64,000 nt of DNA from Spirochaetota bacterium (GTDB taxonomy: Bacteria; Spirochaetota; UBA4802; UBA5550): NCBI GenBank assembly GCA_963664815.2, contig CAXXHB010000003.1:512001-576000 (forward strand). Direction: 5' to 3'. The notes beneath the pieces were generated by a model, which saw nothing but the letters and a program-made list of their open reading frames with translations, was not told the DNA's origin and did not search any database. Position numbers and translations under genes: made by a program. How positions within the stretch are numbered: position 1 is the first letter of the stretch; every line of letters starts with the position of its first letter. Shown in pieces: positions 60,701 to 64,000 of this stretch.

Positions 60701-60812
60701 TCCCGGCGCCCGTAAGGTCGCAGAAATTGCTCTGTTTTCTCCGGGGGTGCATGGAGTGAATAATAAGGTATTTATTTTAAATTAAATCGCAGATTTCTGA
60801 ATCGGATAAATA

Positions 60813-61163
60813 ATGGGCTATAAAGACAGGGATATAAACAGAAAAAGGGAGAGGCGCAGCAGTGTCAGGCAATCGGTGATTTCATCGGATGCCGATGACA
60901 AGATGAACAGGGAAAAAAACAAAGCAAGAGAGCTCCGGGAGTCCGCCTGGTGGAAATCCAGAATTTCATCCGGTAAATGCTATTATTGCGGCGGTATTTT
61001 CAAACCATCAGAATTGACTATGGATCACAAAATTCCCCTTTCCAGGGGCGGTATTTCTGAAAAAATGAATATTGTTCCTGCCTGCAAAGAATGTAACAAC
61101 AAAAAGAAGTATATGCTCCCTACCGAATGGGAAGAATATATGAATATATTAAAAAATCATTAA
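60813..61163 (+). CDS. HNH endonuclease domain protein
   Basis: CYYC, TMDHKIPLSRGG, N and ACKECNNKK. Confidence 0.9.
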   Translation: MGYKDRDINRKRERRSSVRQSVISSDADDKMNREKNKARELRESAWWKSRISSGKCYYCGGIFKPSELTMDHKIPLSRGGISEKMNIVPACKECNNKKKYMLPTEWEEYMNILKNH

Positions 61164-61451
61164 AATTTATTATTTTTTTATTGTAAAAAATATTTTACCG
61201 ATTATATAATCAGGTGGTATTTTTACTTATTTCAATACTGCTGCAACTGGTGTGAAAGCATAAGTCACCCATCTTTGGGCTTTGTGCATCATTTTGGTGA
61301 TATTTTTTAATTTGATAAGAATATAAATTATCGTTCTACATACTCCACCGGTTTATCGGAGGGGGTTATGTCAGGTGGAATGATGAATTTAAACTATACA
61401 GGAAGCTCGGCCCGCTGGGGCAGTTGGGAAAAATTATTCCGGGAGAACATA

Positions 61452-63935
61452 ATGCCTGATAACAGAACATTAGGAAGAGGGGAAGTGCTTTTTATTCAGG
61501 GTGAAAATCCTGTAAAACTGTACATGCTTCAGGAGGGGGAGATCGAGATATTATCATCTCCTGAAGAATTTCTCGGTCTTGACAGTGATATAATAATTGA
61601 AAAATCCATAAGAGTATGCAGCATTAAAGGGAAAGCGATGCTTATCGGTTTTTCAGGACTTCTTCTGTCTGAATATGGAAAATCGGCAAGGGCTGTTGCT
61701 GATTCAGTTATAATTGAATACCCTCTGTCACAGGGCGGATTTAAGGGGATGGCGCAGAGGGATATAAATGGTTCCATCAATTTGCTCAGGCAGATCTTTA
61801 ACAATTTTATTATTTCACAGACTCAGCTTAAAAAAGCTGTGAGTCTCTATTCCCGCTTAAGTCAGATCGATGATAATCTTATGCTTTTATATAGTAATAT
61901 TTCTTCAGGTAACGGTCCTGAAGTTATAAACAAAAGAAGTGAAGATATTAATTCCATTTTCAGCTTAAACAAGGGCAAAATCCCGGACAAGGTAACAGCA
62001 GATTTTATAATCGAAGATAAAAGTGCCGTACTGAAAAAATCATATACTGATAAAATGATCAAAGATGTAATCGGAACCGATTATGTTGAATTGATCAAAA
62101 AGCTTCTTAAGCTTGATCCGCAGGTTATGGCGGGAATTATAAAGAGTGATTTTGAGATTGCTGTTTCAATTTTTTCATCTGTTGCGGATGCGGTTAACGG
62201 GGTTCTTGACAATGTACATGAGGTGATGGATAAGGTTAATCAGAAAGCGAATTCACTCTTCGGAGGGTCGGACAGCTGGGCGTTCTATTTTTCAGGTAAG
62301 AATGGCGTGAAGGACTGGAATTCATCGGAACGTTTGTCTCCTGATTTTTTCAGCAATATGATGAAAATAAATTCAAGACTTGACATGATGTATGTTGAAG
62401 TAACCGGGAGGCGCCTGTCTTCATTTGCGGGTTATAATGAACTTCTGAAGGCTTTAAACGCTTCAGAGGCAGAGGTGAAGCAGGAGAGCAGGATAAATGC
62501 AATGCCGGATGAAGTTCCTGAAACAGGGGATGAGGTAAAAAGAAGTGATGTATCAGCTCCTGCGCTTATAAGTACCGGGCTGCAGAAATCTATATTCCAG
62601 ATATTTGAATTTTCAATGATAGAGAAGGATTTTCAGAACAGACTGCTCAAGTTTCTGAATGATTATAAAAGCATGAGCAGTTCTAATATTTCCGATTCTG
62701 ACGCAAGAAAGCTGAGAAGACATATAGCTCAGCTTTACTGGGAACTGTATCAGCAGGTATTCACCAGATCAAAGGTTGAATCGTCGATTCCGAAAGCTGT
62801 TAAGCTGATGCTGACTTTCGGATTTCTTGATGATCAGCTGCTGGCGCCTGAACATCTTGTTGAATTGAATGAACTGGCAAGAATAAGGGAGAGGGAAACG
62901 GATATTCCGGTGCTTCTGGAAAATGAATTCCTGGCCAAGATTTACTCCGGAGAAGAGGATCCGAGTATAACCGAGATGGGTCTCACTTATGAAGCTTTTC
63001 TCAGGGAGCAGGAGAAATCGGCATCAAGGAAGGACAGGGAAGAGGCCGGGAAGGTCGATAACACTGACCTGAATCTTCAGAAAACCCTTCATGAAATTGC
63101 CCAGTGTCTGAAAACAACAGCCGCTGTATGCTCCGGTTCAACAGTAACAGCATTTCCAATCTTGACAGCTGAAGCTTTGAAGGGAAGCCTTAAGAGTATG
63201 TATGTTACAAAAAGCAAGGTTGATACTATAATAAAAAAACTTATTAATATTGATTATTCGGTTTTCTACAGGGAGACGGTTTTAAAGCTTGATTCTGCGA
63301 GGGAGATTATCCAGGAGGAGATTCTACCCTATTTTATTCTTGTTCCCATTGCAGGGAGCAAGACCCTTCTATGGCAGGAACTTTCAGGTAACAATAAAAG
63401 GTCAATGGCAAGGTTTATGATTCCGATTCTTTTTAACGGCGATCTGGAGAAGAACCTTATGCATTCACTGGCAAGCTTCAGGTGGGAAATTACAAAGAAT
63501 ATTAAGGGCGCCATGTGGGCTGATCCAGTTGAGGGTGGAGTTACCGGCGAATATTTTGATTATGTAAATACATTCAAGAAGAACTCCAAACTGTCTCCCG
63601 AGATGAAGGAGAAGATAAATCTCAAGTTTAAAAGCCTTAGGACAAACAGGGACAGGTTTGCAGATGATTATATGCTCTGGGTTGAGTATGAGCGCGAAGG
63701 AATTATGAAACTGAACACTGTTGTGCGTGAAATGTTTTTCAAACATATTCCTTTCAGGAAGGAGGTTCGCGATCAGCTTGAAGCCATGCCGGCATTCAGT
63801 AAATATGCCAACAGGTATAAAAATATTCAGAACAGGGAGTATCTTGCGTATGAAAGAAAGTTTAAAAAATACCAGGATGAATCAGGTGGATATCCTAAAG
63901 AAATACAGTCATTTTTTGAATTTTTAAAAATGTAG
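61452..63935 (+). CDS. large cyclic nucleotide-binding domain protein, spirochaete type
   Basis: N-terminal GEVLFIQGE...LYMLQEGEIEI...SARA and a long helical C-terminus. ATG 61452 follows GGGAG; the track start is 61368. Confidence 0.8.
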   Translation: MPDNRTLGRGEVLFIQGENPVKLYMLQEGEIEILSSPEEFLGLDSDIIIEKSIRVCSIKGKAMLIGFSGLLLSEYGKSARAVADSVIIEYPLSQGGFKGMAQRDINGSINLLRQIFNNFIISQTQLKKAVSLYSRLSQIDDNLMLLYSNISSGNGPEVINKRSEDINSIFSLNKGKIPDKVTADFIIEDKSAVLKKSYTDKMIKDVIGTDYVELIKKLLKLDPQVMAGIIKSDFEIAVSIFSSVADAVNGVLDNVHEVMDKVNQKANSLFGGSDSWAFYFSGKNGVKDWNSSERLSPDFFSNMMKINSRLDMMYVEVTGRRLSSFAGYNELLKALNASEAEVKQESRINAMPDEVPETGDEVKRSDVSAPALISTGLQKSIFQIFEFSMIEKDFQNRLLKFLNDYKSMSSSNISDSDARKLRRHIAQLYWELYQQVFTRSKVESSIPKAVKLMLTFGFLDDQLLAPEHLVELNELARIRERETDIPVLLENEFLAKIYSGEEDPSITEMGLTYEAFLREQEKSASRKDREEAGKVDNTDLNLQKTLHEIAQCLKTTAAVCSGSTVTAFPILTAEALKGSLKSMYVTKSKVDTIIKKLINIDYSVFYRETVLKLDSAREIIQEEILPYFILVPIAGSKTLLWQELSGNNKRSMARFMIPILFNGDLEKNLMHSLASFRWEITKNIKGAMWADPVEGGVTGEYFDYVNTFKKNSKLSPEMKEKINLKFKSLRTNRDRFADDYMLWVEYEREGIMKLNTVVREMFFKHIPFRKEVRDQLEAMPAFSKYANRYKNIQNREYLAYERKFKKYQDESGGYPKEIQSFFEFLKM

Positions 63936-64000
63936 GCAAACCGTCCGGCATTAATGGTGGGGACAGGGATTCTTTGTTTTCCCCATTCGGATATATTGGG

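Noticed and set aside
60813-63935. HNH nuclease plus cNMP protein as a cyclic-nucleotide defence system
   Set aside because: No cyclase or other defence gene is in the window, about 290 bp with a promoter-like sequence separates the two genes, and the context is housekeeping.
63934-63990. GGCAAACC resembling a c-di-GMP-I riboswitch
   Set aside because: It lacks the GNRA-capped stem and the following GCAAA element, and is cut off by the window end.

Overview
This is an AT-rich, gene-dense bacterial chromosome segment, most likely from a spirochaete related to Leptospira. The markers are a FlaA flagellar sheath protein, a FliG paralogue, a P83/100-family protein, the order tgt, STAS protein, LipL71/LruA-like LysM lipoprotein, and a large spirochaete-type cNMP-binding protein. 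Most of it is housekeeping and signalling: folD, tgt, a sigma factor, paaK, adk, moaDE, a B12/iron ABC transporter, mlaEFD, carB, pyrR, trxB, speD, pldA, def, fmt, sensor kinases, PilZ and GGDEF-EAL. I found no rRNA, tRNA, CRISPR array, prophage or transposase. The most notable items are: (1) a four-gene operon with an AtpI-like membrane protein, a PAS histidine kinase whose phospho-accepting His is replaced by Ser, a RavA/MoxR AAA+ ATPase and a VWA partner, with no response regulator; (2) an aromatic-rich repeat protein at the head of an Mla/MCE operon lacking mlaA/B/C; (3) a ~220-nt multi-stem candidate ncRNA; (4) an apparently catalytically dead signal peptidase I; (5) an unannotated 43-aa zinc-finger microprotein; (6) a cloverleaf element upstream of a TrmH methyltransferase; (7) a truncated MFS remnant beside a LysR gene; (8) repeat clusters upstream of p83/100 and between def and fmt. 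All functional calls come from motif recognition by eye; no searches were run.
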